The position numbers and the translations under genes are program-made. Of a stretch of DNA of 64,000 bases, positions 42,111 through 56,112 are shown in pieces. Below the pieces are notes generated by a model. That model was not told the origin of the DNA and ran no database searches. It saw only the letters and a program-made list of their open reading frames with translations. Numbering within the stretch: the stretch's first letter is position 1; each line of letters opens with the position of its first letter. The DNA is from Octopus sinensis (lineage: Eukaryota): assembly GCF_006345805.1 (NCBI RefSeq), contig NC_042998.1, positions 116,498,001 to 116,562,000 on the forward strand, read 5' to 3'.

Positions 42111-43225
42111 ATCTCTAACAATGTTGCTGTCCCGGAACGCTTAGTTACATTTAGTAATGATAATATATATATATATATTGCGTGTGAGTGGGGGTGCATA
42201 GAAGAAAGGAGACAGAGGCATATATGTAAGTACGCGCGTGCACGTATACAAACATACACACACACAAACGAGATCCCTATATTGAACTTACCTTGATTTA
42301 TTTTGTTGGAACACCAAATACACCGGTATTAGGCATGAGATGTCTTATGGTGTATAAATCCACTGACGTACAACGTAAATCATTGTAAAATTACCGCTAA
42401 ATTTCTATCATAATAAAAGTCGAGAATTTAATGAACATTCCACAACATTCCTTCACAAATACACTCCAAACACTTAAAGAGGACATCGGTATGAAGCTAT
42501 CCTGTATAACATATTAAGGGAAGTGAAAAATAGCAAATATTTCATGGTCGAATTGACCAATATTCAAGATAAATATATATTCTACAAGATATTTCTTGTA
42601 CACATCTTAAAAACACCGACAACGTTACTATGTAGAAAGAGAATATACAGGCCCGCGTATCTTCAAACAGAAGCAATTTTTGCGATTTACTTCAGCATAC
42701 AATTATTCTCAATGCAACCGGAGAAGCGAAGTAATGTTCCCGCTGAATAGAAAAGGCGTTTATTAGGCGGTAAAATATAGAGCTGTGTTAATATAGGATG
42801 AAGGTTCAAAATACCATATATAGGGTTAATAGATAAGGCCTAACTTTCCATTATACGCTAAACATACTTTCATTCAAATCCTTAGATCTATTCAACTCTA
42901 TATTTGTGTCCAATATATCTAGAAGTTTAAAGGAAACGAAATCAAAGATATGCAAATATATGTAGTAATTTCGACAAAGATTAGTCATGCACAAGCAGCA
43001 AAAAGAAATGTGACATCTTTTTAATATTAATAATTTCTTGCTATATTTAACGTGACTTACATTCGAACAAGCACGAACACATGCACTAATGTTAACCGCT
43101 GGCTGAAAGAATCTGTCGGACCAGAGAATTTGAGATAGGGTGAGACTAATCTCCGTGTGTTACGTATAGGCCGAACCAGCCATGTCTATATCTATGTATC
43201 TATCTATGTATCTATCTATCTACCC

Positions 43226-43283
<58 letters not shown>

Positions 43284-43314
43284 ATGTGTGTGTATGTGTA
43301 TGAATACATATTCT

Positions 43315-43353
<39 letters not shown>

Positions 43354-43415
43354 GTGTACATGTATATATAAGTATACGTATATATACACACACACACATA
43401 TATATATAGAGAGAG

Positions 43416-43456
<41 letters not shown>

Positions 43457-43522
43457 CTATATAGGTGTGTGTATAAATGTATGTGTGTAGATATAGAGCT
43501 AGATTAATGTATATGTATATAT

Positions 43523-43574
<52 letters not shown>

Positions 43575-43586
43575 TATATTTGGCAC

Positions 43587-43848
43587 TTAAATGTGGCTAA
43601 CCAATAAGGGCGGATGCTATTGTTGCTTGTAGCCCCAGGAGAAAGTCTTCTCTAACTGGCTATTGACACACTTTCTGTGCCCTATGAGTATTTGCAAAGG
43701 GAAGCCATCATTCGACAATGGGTAGGATGACTTCCCTTTGCAAATACTGATAGGGCACAGAAAATGTGTCAATAACCAGCTGGAGAAGACGTTCTCCTGG
43801 GGCTACAAGCTACAGTAGCATCCACCCTTAGCGGTTAGCCACATTTAA
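43587..43848. mobile_element. Foldback MITE with 123-bp arms
   Basis: Arms 43587-43709 and 43726-43848, 12 mismatches by hand count, 16-nt loop, TTAA at both ends. Confidence 0.9.
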
Positions 43849-44737
43849 TTCGCAAATATAATTCGCATCGTCGTGCAGATACTGTTTATACCTCGTTCAT
43901 TGTATTCTTTTACTTGTTTCAGTCATTTTCTGCGGCCATGCTGGAGCACCGCCTTTTAGTCTGTAGTGCTTTCCAAAGCTGAACTACCAGTATCCGCTAC
44001 CAGATGCTACCATATAGTGGGAGTTCTGTCACTGGATACACGTGGAAATCTGTATATTTCCGTAGAATACATATATAAATATCTATAATTAGAGGATTGA
44101 TCATGCTTTATTAATTACATTAATTACAATAATATCAATACATTATCATCAGTTGTTCTATGCTTAATATTAAATATGACAATCTCATAGAGGACTGTTT
44201 AACATTTTCAACATCGTTTTTGGAATTTACAAGAAATGTTTGATATTAACATTATATTGATATTTACAATTTATGTATTTTATATATTTTATCATATTTA
44301 TGTGCAATATAATAACGGGTATGCATATAGAATCGTATGAATAGAAGTCGATTTCAACAGCCGAATTCGAGGCCGCGCACCTTCACCCACGCACACACAT
44401 AAATATGCGTGTGTACGTACAAGTAAATTTGCTGGTTTAACAGCCTCTCTTAATGTCTTGAATAAATCCCACAAAAATATAGACCGCAGTAGGGATTCCA
44501 TATATCTAAAATTAAGTGTGAAATGCAAGATATTTTAGTATCGTTTTGATATGAGGTATCGCTCTGTAAGGGTCCCCACTTCTTTTTATTGTAAATGAAA
44601 CAAATAGAATGAATGTGTTCACACTCTTATACAGCTAATTATATCTAGGCCAAAGATTTTCTAAAATGTTAATTTCTTTCAGTATTTCTATTTAAAGCTC
44701 TGTCGTGCATAATTCATATATACGTACATGATTATGC

Positions 44738-44800
<63 letters not shown>

Positions 44801-45401
44801 TTTATTTCCTTCTGTCTGTTGGCTAGACTATGCATTTATGTTCGTTCCTTTAATTGTGTAGTTGAGGTGATATTTTCAATTGAATAGAAGGTGAACGAAT
44901 AATGGAAAGTAAGCTAAAGTACTGTCAGTCTGACACTACAGAATTTGCTAAAGGCATAAAAGTTCTTTCTTTTGTTCCTTCATCCTAAATCAGTACAATA
45001 AAAAGAAATACGAAGTTATAGTCATAAAGCTAATTCATTCTACCTTTAATCTCACTGTACACATTGAGTTGAAAAATATCTACGATTTATCGCAGTTCGT
45101 TTCTTTCTGTAGTCGTATATGTTTTTGTAGATTTGTTATGATCTAGAGATGTCTGCGTTGTGTTACGATTAACCAATATCAACTCTTCATCCCATACACA
45201 TGCGCCAAATTAGATAGAACAATATTGTCTAACCAGTTTTACTCAGCTCTAAATATCACATCGAACTGATCATGTTCATTTATATAAAATAACGAGAAAT
45301 TTGTACAACAGCTGTAAATGCTCAAAAATCCGATTTATACTTGATTTAATTCAGTTTTGATTCTAGTAGCTCTATATTGCATCATCTGCAGCCCAGTTCT
45401 T

Positions 45402-45473
<72 letters not shown>

Positions 45474-45928
45474 CATACTTATGGTTGTGAGATAAATGGC
45501 TTTAATAATTTTGTACACTCAAAATGCTAGAATAACAATAGCTTTAATGTTTCTCCATACGCAAAAACATGGTATATAAAAGGTGATACCACACACAAAC
45601 ACAAACGCACACACAAACACACACGCATGCACGCACACACACAGGCACGCGCAAACACACAGGCACGCGCAAACACACACACACACACACACTCACACAC
45701 AACAATAGAACAGTTGAAACGTAACTGAAAGCATTTTGAGTGGCATTCATTCAGTCGATTAATTCGAAAACCATTGCTTCATTCTTTAGATATTTCAAAC
45801 ATTTTAGATATCTTGCACATAAAATATCTCTTTCTATCTATATTTCAATAGATTATCTTTTTCTATCTGGAGTTCAATATTTCGTTCCTTATTTCCAATA
45901 TTCCAACATTTTCGTTTCCACATAGAGT

Positions 45929-45978
<50 letters not shown>

Positions 45979-46006
45979 TATAATAATATATATAGATTAT
46001 TACCAC

Positions 46007-46044
<38 letters not shown>

Positions 46045-46045
46045 G

Positions 46046-46078
<33 letters not shown>

Positions 46079-46903
46079 AAGTAGTAGTAGTAGTAAATAC
46101 CTTGCAGTATTTAACTTCGTTTCGCTACATAACGTGTTCACATCTCTCTGCGATCGATTTTGCTTTAGGTCCAAGGCATAGCAGTAATTGCTTGCACTGT
46201 GCTGAATTAAATGCCTTTCGGTACTTAGTGACATATTTTTACCTTTTGAGATAAAGTCAACAGAGTGTTATTTGCCATCACCTATGAAAGGATCAATACT
46301 TTTATGCATATTTTTGCACTATTCAACAGAATTGATATTTGCCTTGCACGCATGAAATGATCGATAGTTTTATTAATATTTTTGCACTGTCATATGACTC
46401 AATTCCTTTCGGTCGTTTTTTTTTGTCGTTACAAATATGCGGCGTTGTCACAAAAATGGTATTCAATATTCTGCATTATGTGTGTCAGTGAAAGAGGAAC
46501 ATGAAGCGACGGATGCAACTCACACTAATACTTGCATAAAGTTATCTCCTCCGCCACATACCGGATGAGAAAAGTGACTAAAGCATCATCTCTGCTGGTT
46601 TCATTCTGTAGCTGTCTGTTTTTTTTTAAATAGTCAATGATACTTTATCTCCCTCCCTTTCTCTCAGTACCTCTTTCTTTTTCAGTATCGTGAAATAAAT
46701 AAAAATAAGAATATATAACTTGAGATAACTAGGAAGCTTCCATCTTGTCACGCCACAATTAGCAGTCGAATTCCCCATATTGATTGTCACCAACAAGTTA
46801 TACCAGGCATAAAGTTTTTACTGTATGAGAGTATAATGCCTGTCTGTCTGTATTTATATGCATATGTAAGTGTGCGCATATGTAAATGAGAGTGCATGAA
46901 TTC

Positions 46904-47054
<151 letters not shown>

Positions 47055-47115
47055 CGGAGATGTTTAGGCATAGCAAGTGATTTGATCTGAGATCATGTGC
47101 TGAAAGATACTTCAA

Positions 47116-47259
47116 CATCTAAATTTAATTCGTATCAAAATATTTTGGTTGCTTTGAAACCACGACCAGTTCATTGAGATGCAGCATGAAGTTTCATTCA
47201 GTGAACAGGTCACGGTTTCAAGGCGACAAAAATATTTTGACACAAATTAAATCTAAATG
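47116..47259. mobile_element. Decayed foldback MITE
   Basis: catctaaatttaattcgtatcaaaatatttt..tgaaacc pairs imperfectly with ggtttca..aaaatattttgacacaaattaaatctaaatg. Confidence 0.65.
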
Positions 47260-47343
47260 TTCAGTGAAACTAACGATTTTTGCGTGTTCGTAAATGGCTT
47301 AGAAGAATCTTCCACGCTACAGCTATATAGATATATATATATT

Positions 47344-47431
<88 letters not shown>

Positions 47432-47438
47432 TATATAT

Positions 47439-47472
<34 letters not shown>

Positions 47473-47637
47473 GGATAGATACATACATATACATACATAC
47501 ATATATACATACATACATACATACATACATAAATAGACAGATAAATAGATAGATAGATAGATAGATGGATAGATAGAGTGATAGATAGATATAGATATAG
47601 ATATAGCTAGATACATACACACACACAAATATATATA

Positions 47638-47870
47638 CAGGGCGTCATCGACCTACGACCTGTTTGACTTGCGACCGATCCACTTCGCCACGATTGCCGC
47701 GCCAGCTCCCGACAGCAATAATAAATAGTCCTCTTGAAATCTAAAGTGTTTAATTTCCTAATAATTAACCCGGCTGTGGTTGATGGCAGCTAAGGAAACT
47801 TTACCCGATATTTGGTTATCGATCGCCACTGTGTTGGAAACAATTGTGGTCGTAAGTCGACGATGATCTG
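47638..47870. mobile_element. pogo/Tigger-like MITE
   Basis: Terminal cagggcgtcatcgacctacgacc versus ggtcgtaagtcgacgatgatctg (imperfect 23-bp TIRs starting CAG); TA on the left flank. Confidence 0.7.
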
Positions 47871-48034
47871 GAAGATGCTCTTAAGCCATACATACATACA
47901 TACATGCATACATACATACATACATACATACATACATACATACATACAAACAAACATACATACATACATACATACATACATACATACAAACAAACATACA
48001 TACATACATACATACATACATACATACATACATA

Positions 48035-48415
48035 CATGGTGGCTGTCCTCTCGTTATCGAGTATGGCCATTGCACGAAGCTTAATCAATGTTGTTCTCGT
48101 GCAATGCCTTTGCAAGAAGATTTTTTTAAAGTGAGGAACGGCTGTGCACTGTGTCAATCCCACTCCGAAAAGAAGAAGTCAATATCATCGGTAACCACTG
48201 AGCCGCAGGTTTTATGTTGGAGTTATCCCAGTTACTTGAGTTACCTTCTCCTAGAAGGATGCCCTAACAAAGGCTAGGAGTCCTTAACTCCCAATTGTTT
48301 AACCGCGCGATCGGGTATTCAGTCCGATTATATCTATGTCCCCGCGCATGATACAGGCTTAAGATATTTATCGGATGGCCGTTGTCTCTCAAGTGTTCCT
48401 CCGCCCTTTGACGGG
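48035..48415 (-). mobile_element. Probable RTE-type LINE 5' untranslated region
   Basis: Minus strand contains ctcctagcctttgttagggca..ctaggagaaggtaactc, recalled from RTE 5' ends; no ORF to confirm. Confidence 0.35.
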
Positions 48416-49521
48416 TTTTATACATACATACATACACACACACATATATATATATATATATAGCCTATTTTCTGTTGCACGTTTTCCATTCTGCATTTCA
48501 TATATCCTAGTTTATATTTCTCCATATTTTCATTTGCATTTTATTTTTTCTTTGATATAATATCCTCTACACTCCAATTAATATTCGGATGAATTCCTTA
48601 AACCACATAATAATTTTAAACATATTTCTCATTTATTTTATTGTTCCATTCTTTGATATTTTTTTATTGTTTTCCATAGTTTACCTTTGCTATTTCATTT
48701 ATATATTCGAGTAGCGATACCCGTTATCATTGTACGTTATATTTGTTCATTATTTGCATATAATTTAATTACTCAAATATCAGTTACGATTTCGGTATTC
48801 ATTACTTTTTACTTCATGTTCCATGTACCTGTGCTTTCCTTATATTTTACTTCTCTTTCTTACGTGGAGTACCGGATTTATTTTTGATTTTCATGTTGCA
48901 TTCGGAAGTTTCAAAAACAAATTCGATTCACTTGTGTGCGTGTAAGTGTTAAAGCATTATAGTTTTGCTTACAGGTTTTTTTAAAGATATTTTTGCATAA
49001 TTACATTTAATTCTTTGTGCCTAGACCAAATTTCTCGGTTTTATTTCCCTCTTATAATGTTAAAAAATATTTTCATATTGCTAAAATTGACTCTCAAAAT
49101 GTTTTATGCGTAAAAGTACACAGTATGTATGAGATTATTTTAGGAAAATTGAAACAAAACTACGAGTATATAATGTCGGTATGGGTTTATATAAACATTT
49201 GCCCTTCTAGTGTGCATATTTATGAGTGTTTGAATGTGCGTGTGCATGCACATTCACATATATCTTAATATATGTATGAAGATATAAATGGCAGCATAAA
49301 TTTTGATTTTTGAAATGTTTTTTTCCTGTGATTTCTTAATAGCAATGGCTCTTGAATGGATGCAACCTCAAGAGACATAAATATAGATTTTCCTATGATA
49401 CTGGTTTCAAGATATTTTGTCATGCAAGAAAACCATCACACCACAAATATTCAAGTCGATATACTAACGCTTCCTCACCCATAGCACAAACAGTAACAAA
49501 TACACACGCATATATCTATGT

Positions 49522-49589
<68 letters not shown>

Positions 49590-50432
49590 ATATATCCGTA
49601 TTTTTGTATATGAATATATTTTAATGTGCACTAGTTCATATAAGTGAATTCTTGAAATATATTAATGTTGTTAAAAAAAAACCTGCAAATATTTGGAAAA
49701 TATAGCAGATATACCAAATACTATAGTATAAAAGTACAATTGTTGTATATATGCAATTATAACCACACATGCAATTTTGTTTGAATATGTGGTCTATTAT
49801 ATATGCAAGCAGTTTTTATTCAAAATGTACAGATTTTTATTACAAACGTTGGCGTACATACAGAGTGAACGCACCTACGCACACACACGCACATGTATAC
49901 ACACATACACAAACACCAACACACGCGCATACGTCTTTGTATATGCATGTATTTCAGTACACAATGCAGGTACCGGCAATATATATTTATTACAGTTTTG
50001 TAATCATAACCTACTGTGTCTATACGCAAGTTTTATTCAATAATTCTATGTTATGCAAAAATAGACCTGTATGCGTTATGGAGAAATGTATTAAAGCAAT
50101 TCTGAATAATTTTAGGCGAAACTAAATGTAAATTTAATGCATTTAAAGCAACGCATGAATTTCAATTTGGGCACACAGTCAGCAATTTTGGGAAGCGGAT
50201 TTAGTCAATAACATTACCTGCAATATATTTATACTTCTTATATTTTCAACTCCAGGAGCGTGAAAGTCAAAACCGACCTCTGCCACATTTGAACTGAGTT
50301 CGCAAATTGCCGATATATATACTGCAGAGTATTTTGTCCGACTTAATCATAATACTACCAAGTCACCGCTTTATTTTAAGCGAAAAGCATTTACCTAATT
50401 TTATATTAACAACTTAATTCTTTGAAGTTTTC

Positions 50433-50512
50433 ATCCTCCTGCTTCTCATCTCCCCCTCCTGCTTCTCCCCCTCCTGCTTCTCCCCCTCCTGCTTCTCCCC
50501 CTCCTGCTTCTC
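50433..50512. repeat. 15-bp minisatellite (cctcctgcttctccc)n, about 5 units
   Basis: Directly visible. Confidence 0.9.
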
Positions 50513-52585
50513 ATCACCATCTAATGTGTGTGGGCTCAACCGTTTCTAAGGAAATGATAATGTAGAAGACTGCATCAAGCCCTGTCTGGTTTGGTTTCTT
50601 CGACTGCCTTTTTTTTCTTAACACCAACAACTTACCGAATGCAGTGTGTGCTTTTTACAAAGCACAGGCATATGAATTTATACTACTATATTTTAAGGAT
50701 GCTTTACATGTACATTCTCAATTGAATATAATGCAAACTAGAGTTGAAACTCGATCGCATTGTATATTGATTTTTCATTTACAGGCATAAAATGCCTAGT
50801 TATTATAAGACAGACAGAAATTTGAGAGTTTCAATTAATTCATTGATTTCTTGCAAATGATGATTGCAAAAGAATGGAAAGCACATTTTGCTCCATCAAA
50901 ATTGAGTGTCAGAAGTATGTGATTCACAAATAATTCCGCATCACGAAATTATTTCGACGCATTGCTAAACATACTTTTCTATCTCTCTGAAATGGGTAGC
51001 AAATATTGATATTTTAGAAACGATCTCATATCTGAATGCTTAGAATCCGTGAAAACCTGTAGGTTTATGAAACACTACAACAATAAATAAAACATTGATC
51101 ACACGTGTGATTTTAAATGAAGCATTAGAATGACGAAAACTAACAAATCTCCCTCAACCCAGCTATTTAAGCACTTAAAATATTTTAAACTTCTATTAAA
51201 TTGATTCCAAATTCTGCATCACACACCAACATTTCATTTGCGAAATTTCTATTAGCTTACATTATTTTTTTTTTAAATAATGAAACAGATATTCAAATAC
51301 GACGTAGTTTGACACAATGACTGATTGATATTTTAATGCTAAACAGGTACGTATCTTAATCGTACGTTAGGATATATTACCAGAGTCAACTGTTGGAATG
51401 AATATCATTAGTGCCTGCATAATTTAGGAACTTATACTCCGATATTTATGTTTACCTCCTTCATATTAAACACAACTATGATCAGAAAATCTTCCACATA
51501 AATGTACATGCATGCCACCTGATCCATATATTATGTTTTGCGTATGTTTATCTCTGTCTATATTTATTGTGCTCTGTAATGTATATACTAAGTATTTTGC
51601 TATTTGTCGAACATGTTGCATAATGCAGCACATTAAATCATTCGGAATATCTTAAGTTCAAAACACACACACCAAGTCACACACAAATACACATAATACT
51701 CACGTTTGTATATTTACGTGATTTTGATCATTTTATCAATGAGGATGAGATAATAATCATGAGCTTAAAAAAAATTGTCTTCAGTCATTTTGCAGGTGCA
51801 GGTTGTGCAGTTAGTCATATTGATTTCAAATACCTGACATATTGAATTTGTCAGTGTAAGTTATGAATGTAGGTAAATGTATTTCATCCCCAGATACAGG
51901 AAAACAACAATTTGAATTGCCATAATATGAAATGATACATTTAGTAATATGTTTCATACACAGAAAGAACAATAATATGAAGTATATCGGACAAACATAT
52001 ATTTGTCATCTTTTTGTTCTTATCAGCTCACGAAAATTTTAGCCAAAATCAACGTAAACAAAAATTAAGTTAAAGCACATGGATTATTATAACAAGATAT
52101 ATTTCTTATAATGTACTTACATGTTTGAGTTAGAGGCAGTGCATGTAAATTGATTAAATCATTTTAACAAAACTTTTCCTATCGTATACTTTCTTAACTG
52201 AAAATAATATTCATGTAGTCACAATCTTTTTCTACGTTTTAATCAAAAGAAAAAGAATCAGTCTTTCAGTTATCATTTCGTAAACCTAAGTGTGTCTTAC
52301 TATGTAAGAACTATTTTGTGGTAGATAAAATGCGATATATATCAAAATGCTTTTTTTTTTCAAAAAATGATGACTGTATGAAATATTATTTTGATTTTGG
52401 CACTCTTGAAGAAATGCGAATACAAGAGTATGATAGAATATGCATGCATATTTCCATACATATATATATGTATGACTACTTATATTTCTTTCCCTTCATA
52501 TCACTCTCTCTTTCCACATTCACATATACACAGGCATTCATATATATATCCTGTATATATGCATGTATAGATAAATATACATCCC

Positions 52586-52675
<90 letters not shown>

Positions 52676-52764
52676 TATATATATCCACATAGATACATAC
52701 GTGCACATATACAGAGGTACATTTCTTTAACCATATAATTACATATAACTATTTATTTACCTAT

Positions 52765-52849
<85 letters not shown>

Positions 52850-52900
52850 CATGTCTTTCTCTTCCACCCCTCTCTCTCTCCCTCAATCTATCTATCTATA

Positions 52901-52988
<88 letters not shown>

Positions 52989-52989
52989 T

Positions 52990-54402
52990 AGTTTTATTTT
53001 TATAGCGTGCTTTCACTTCACTACCGAGCGCAGCTCTGTGTGCCTTAGGTATGTGCTGTGATTTGTTGTGATGCTCTGATGGTTATTGTAGGGAATGTGT
53101 TCTGCGTAGGATGTGTGCGGTACCTAGTAGTGCAATTTTCTGTATGTTATATGTGTTTGTAAGTCCTGGTGTTTTTGTTATGTATTTGTCTGAATATTTT
53201 TTTATCATGCGTAATGCACCTACTATGATAGGAATTGTTTCTGTCTTTAGATTCCACAATCTGGTAACCTCTATTTCCATGTCTTTGTATTTTGAAAGTT
53301 TCGCCATTTCTTTTAGAGACACGTTGTCATCTGCCGGTATTGATACATCAATTAGAAAGCATTTTTTCTTCATGATCTCTGACAACTATATCTGGTCTGT
53401 TAGCCTTAATTTCTCTATCTATGTGTATCGGCATATTCCAGAGTATGGTGGCTTTCTCGTTTTCTGTGACATTTTCTGGTGTGTGCCTATACCATCTTTT
53501 TTCTGTTGTTATTCCATAATGTTGGCATAGCTTCCAGTGTATGTAGGTTCCAACTCTGTCATGTCTGTGAATATAATCCTTCTTAGCCAGGACTGGGCAG
53601 CAATAGATAATATGATTTATTGTTTCTTGTCCATCTCCACACATTCTGCAGTTACTTGTAATATTTCTTTTCATTACATGTTTTTGGTAATTTCTGGTGG
53701 GGAGGCTTTGGTCTTGTGCTGCAATTAAAAATCCCTCTGATTCTGCTTTGAGTCCTGAGCTTCTCAACCATTGCTGGGATTTTTCTTTGTCTATTTATTT
53801 TGCGTTTAGTTTAGTCCAGTATTTACCATGAAGGGGCTTTTCTTGCCATCGTTTTACCATGGTTCGTTGCTGTTCTATTTTTAGTTTGGATTTCATTTGT
53901 TTTACAGCTTTTGTTGTTTCTTCTTCTTCTTCTTCTTCTTCTTCTTCTTCTTCTTCTTCTTCTTCTTCTTCTTCTTCTTCTTCTTCTTCTTCTTCTTCTT
54001 CTTCTTCTTCTTCTTCTTCTTCTTCTTCTTCTTCTTCTTCTTCTTCTTCTTCTTCTTCTTCTTCTTCTTCTTCTTCTTCTTCTTCTTCTTCTTCTTCATA
54101 TTTATTAGGTGGTATGATTTCTTGTTTGTATTTGTCAGTTTCCTTAAATACTGAGAACAGTCTTTTGTTTTGCTCATGTTTTGCCGCTATTTGTATCAGT
54201 TTTCCTTCCTTCTGAAGTAGATATTTTTTCAGTCCTATGGTGGTTATTTTATAGTTGTTTTCCAGCTGTATTAAGCCTGTATTAAAGTATAAGGCCTCTA
54301 CCACCTTCTATACGTTGTATATATAGTCTTTCTATGTCAGATTTTGGGTGATGCATCCTAGATCCTGTCATTATTTTTCTTGTTTTCCTATCTATTTTGG
54401 TC
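52990..54402 (-). mobile_element. Relatively young 5'-truncated R4/Dong-like LINE (thumb, CCHC, RLE, 3' UTR)
   Basis: Three overlapping ORFs: WQEKPLHGKYW; SEGFLIAAQDQSL..CRMCGDGQETINHIIYCC..RHDRV..RPDIVV; LIDVSIP..KYKD..IIVGAL..LLGTAHILR. (TAA)n on both flanks. Confidence 0.95.
53918..54097. repeat. (TTC)60, an in-frame poly-Glu tract inside the LINE ORF
   Basis: 180 bp uninterrupted; ORF 53795..54304 stays open across it. Confidence 0.97.
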
Positions 54403-54403
54403 A

Positions 54404-54474
<71 letters not shown>

Positions 54475-54719
54475 ATAAATAGTTCTAGTAAAAGGATTCA
54501 GAGAATCCTGTTGCTATTACTGAAATCTCCACAAATGGTCTCAGCTATCAGATCACATAATACTCCAATACAGAGAGGTGTAATGGAGAGTGACCATCCA
54601 ACTCAAATCGATCAGAAAAATCGATCACCTTGATTTATGTGGGTGAAGAGCTTGTAATGCTTGCGGCCTCTTCCTGTCATTAATTAATGACAGGAAGCAA
54701 TTAGCTACGTTGGTGGAAA

Positions 54720-55085
54720 CTTCTAGGTTAAAAGGGGGCTTATACCATATAATTTACCGTTTCCATACTTTTGGTGGGTGAGAACAGTGTGTTTGGAGAT
54801 TGTCAGCATAAGTAAGCTTCTCAGTAAATCCGCTCCTTGGCAAAACATCGTTGTAGCGTGGGAGCGGCCCTGTTATCGAGTTCTCCATTTGTCAAAAGAT
54901 TAGATAGTCGTTTGGTAATTCCTGGAATGAGGTTTCAAATTACAGCGGATTGGTGGTTTGTGCTCTTGTTGATGTGTACCGATTCCACGTTAGGCTTCTT
55001 TTACGGGTAATACTTACCCGTATACAGGTTTAAGTTTGCATCATAGAAGTCGATCGTAGTCAAGTTGGCGCTAAACGTTATAGAC
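54720..55085 (-). mobile_element. Penelope-like element RT/thumb fragment
   Basis: ANLTTIDFYDANLNLYTGKYYP*KKPN...ITKRLS...YNDVLPRSGFTEKL...IIWYKP matches the PLE pattern VDFLDVTLNL.TG.YKPY.KPN..RLS..SGF..IIWFNP. Confidence 0.8.
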
Positions 55086-55612
55086 AATCTAAAATTTCTG
55101 AAATTTCAAATCCTTCCTTAACCACTACCTTTCTCCCTCACCTACAAGTATCCGACCGATTTCCTGTCTAACATACGGTCGATTTCCTGTACATCACGTG
55201 GACCATTTCCTGTTCAATTATACGGTATTTTCCAAATAATTGTTGTCACCGATATACGGTTATAATAATATCAAACCACAACACCACATAACCTTCCTCG
55301 ACCAATCGCAGCCCACTTACAGTAATAACAATCAACTTAGTTCATCCAAATTCAAAATGGCTGAAGATTAGCGCCATTCCTGAAACTCTCGCCGTACCAA
55401 CAAATTTGTATCAATCAGTTTTGATCCATATATATTGCCCTGGTAACGCGGGGTAGATGAAACAGGGACAACTGATGAAGGGGAATATTCTTTTTGTTGC
55501 ATGTCTCGTTTCTCTGTTTTCTTTCGTTGCACTATGTTTTTTCTTTTTATATTTTCGTTTTGTGTTTAAAGTTTTTTGTTTTGAAGCCCTGTACCCATAT
55601 ATGCATGTATAT

Positions 55613-55683
<71 letters not shown>

Positions 55684-55794
55684 AACACACACACACATAT
55701 ATATATGTATGTATGTATGTATGTATATATATATATATATATATGCATGTATGTATGTATATATATACATGCATGTATGTATGTATGTATATAT

Positions 55795-55850
<56 letters not shown>

Positions 55851-55973
55851 ATATACACATATACACATGTATACATAAATAATCAAATACTGCAAAAGAG
55901 GCAGAGATCTTCAGGATTTTCACAGTTTATAACGTTAGGCTGAAGATGAATAGAGAAAAATATTTTGTTTCAG

Positions 55974-56112
55974 GCATGGTCCTTGGTCAAATACAAGAGG
56001 AAGGTCTAGGAAGAGACAAGGAAGTAAGAAAAAGAAGATAAATGAGAGAAAGACCAGAACAATGCACGCCATTAAGTCCATATGTCCAGGTTCTGCCTCG
56101 CCGAAAGTGTGA
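55974..56112 (+). CDS. Possible plus-strand exon (HGPWSNTRGRSRKRQGSKKKKINERKTRTMHAIKSICPGSASPKV*, or 50 nt ending at donor 56024)
   Basis: Acceptor tattttgtttcag|; donor GAA|gtaaga at 56024; purine-rich; no partner exon identified. Confidence 0.2.

Noticed and set aside
55003-55021. ATACTTACC (U1 5' end-like, perfect minus-strand donor) within a small hairpin
   Set aside because: Lies inside the PLE RT coding relic (YTGKYYP); no further U1 sequence follows.
55472-55478. CTGATGA followed by AGGGG in a PLE-like LTR
   Set aside because: No complementary stem II or GAAA downstream, so at best a decayed ribozyme remnant.
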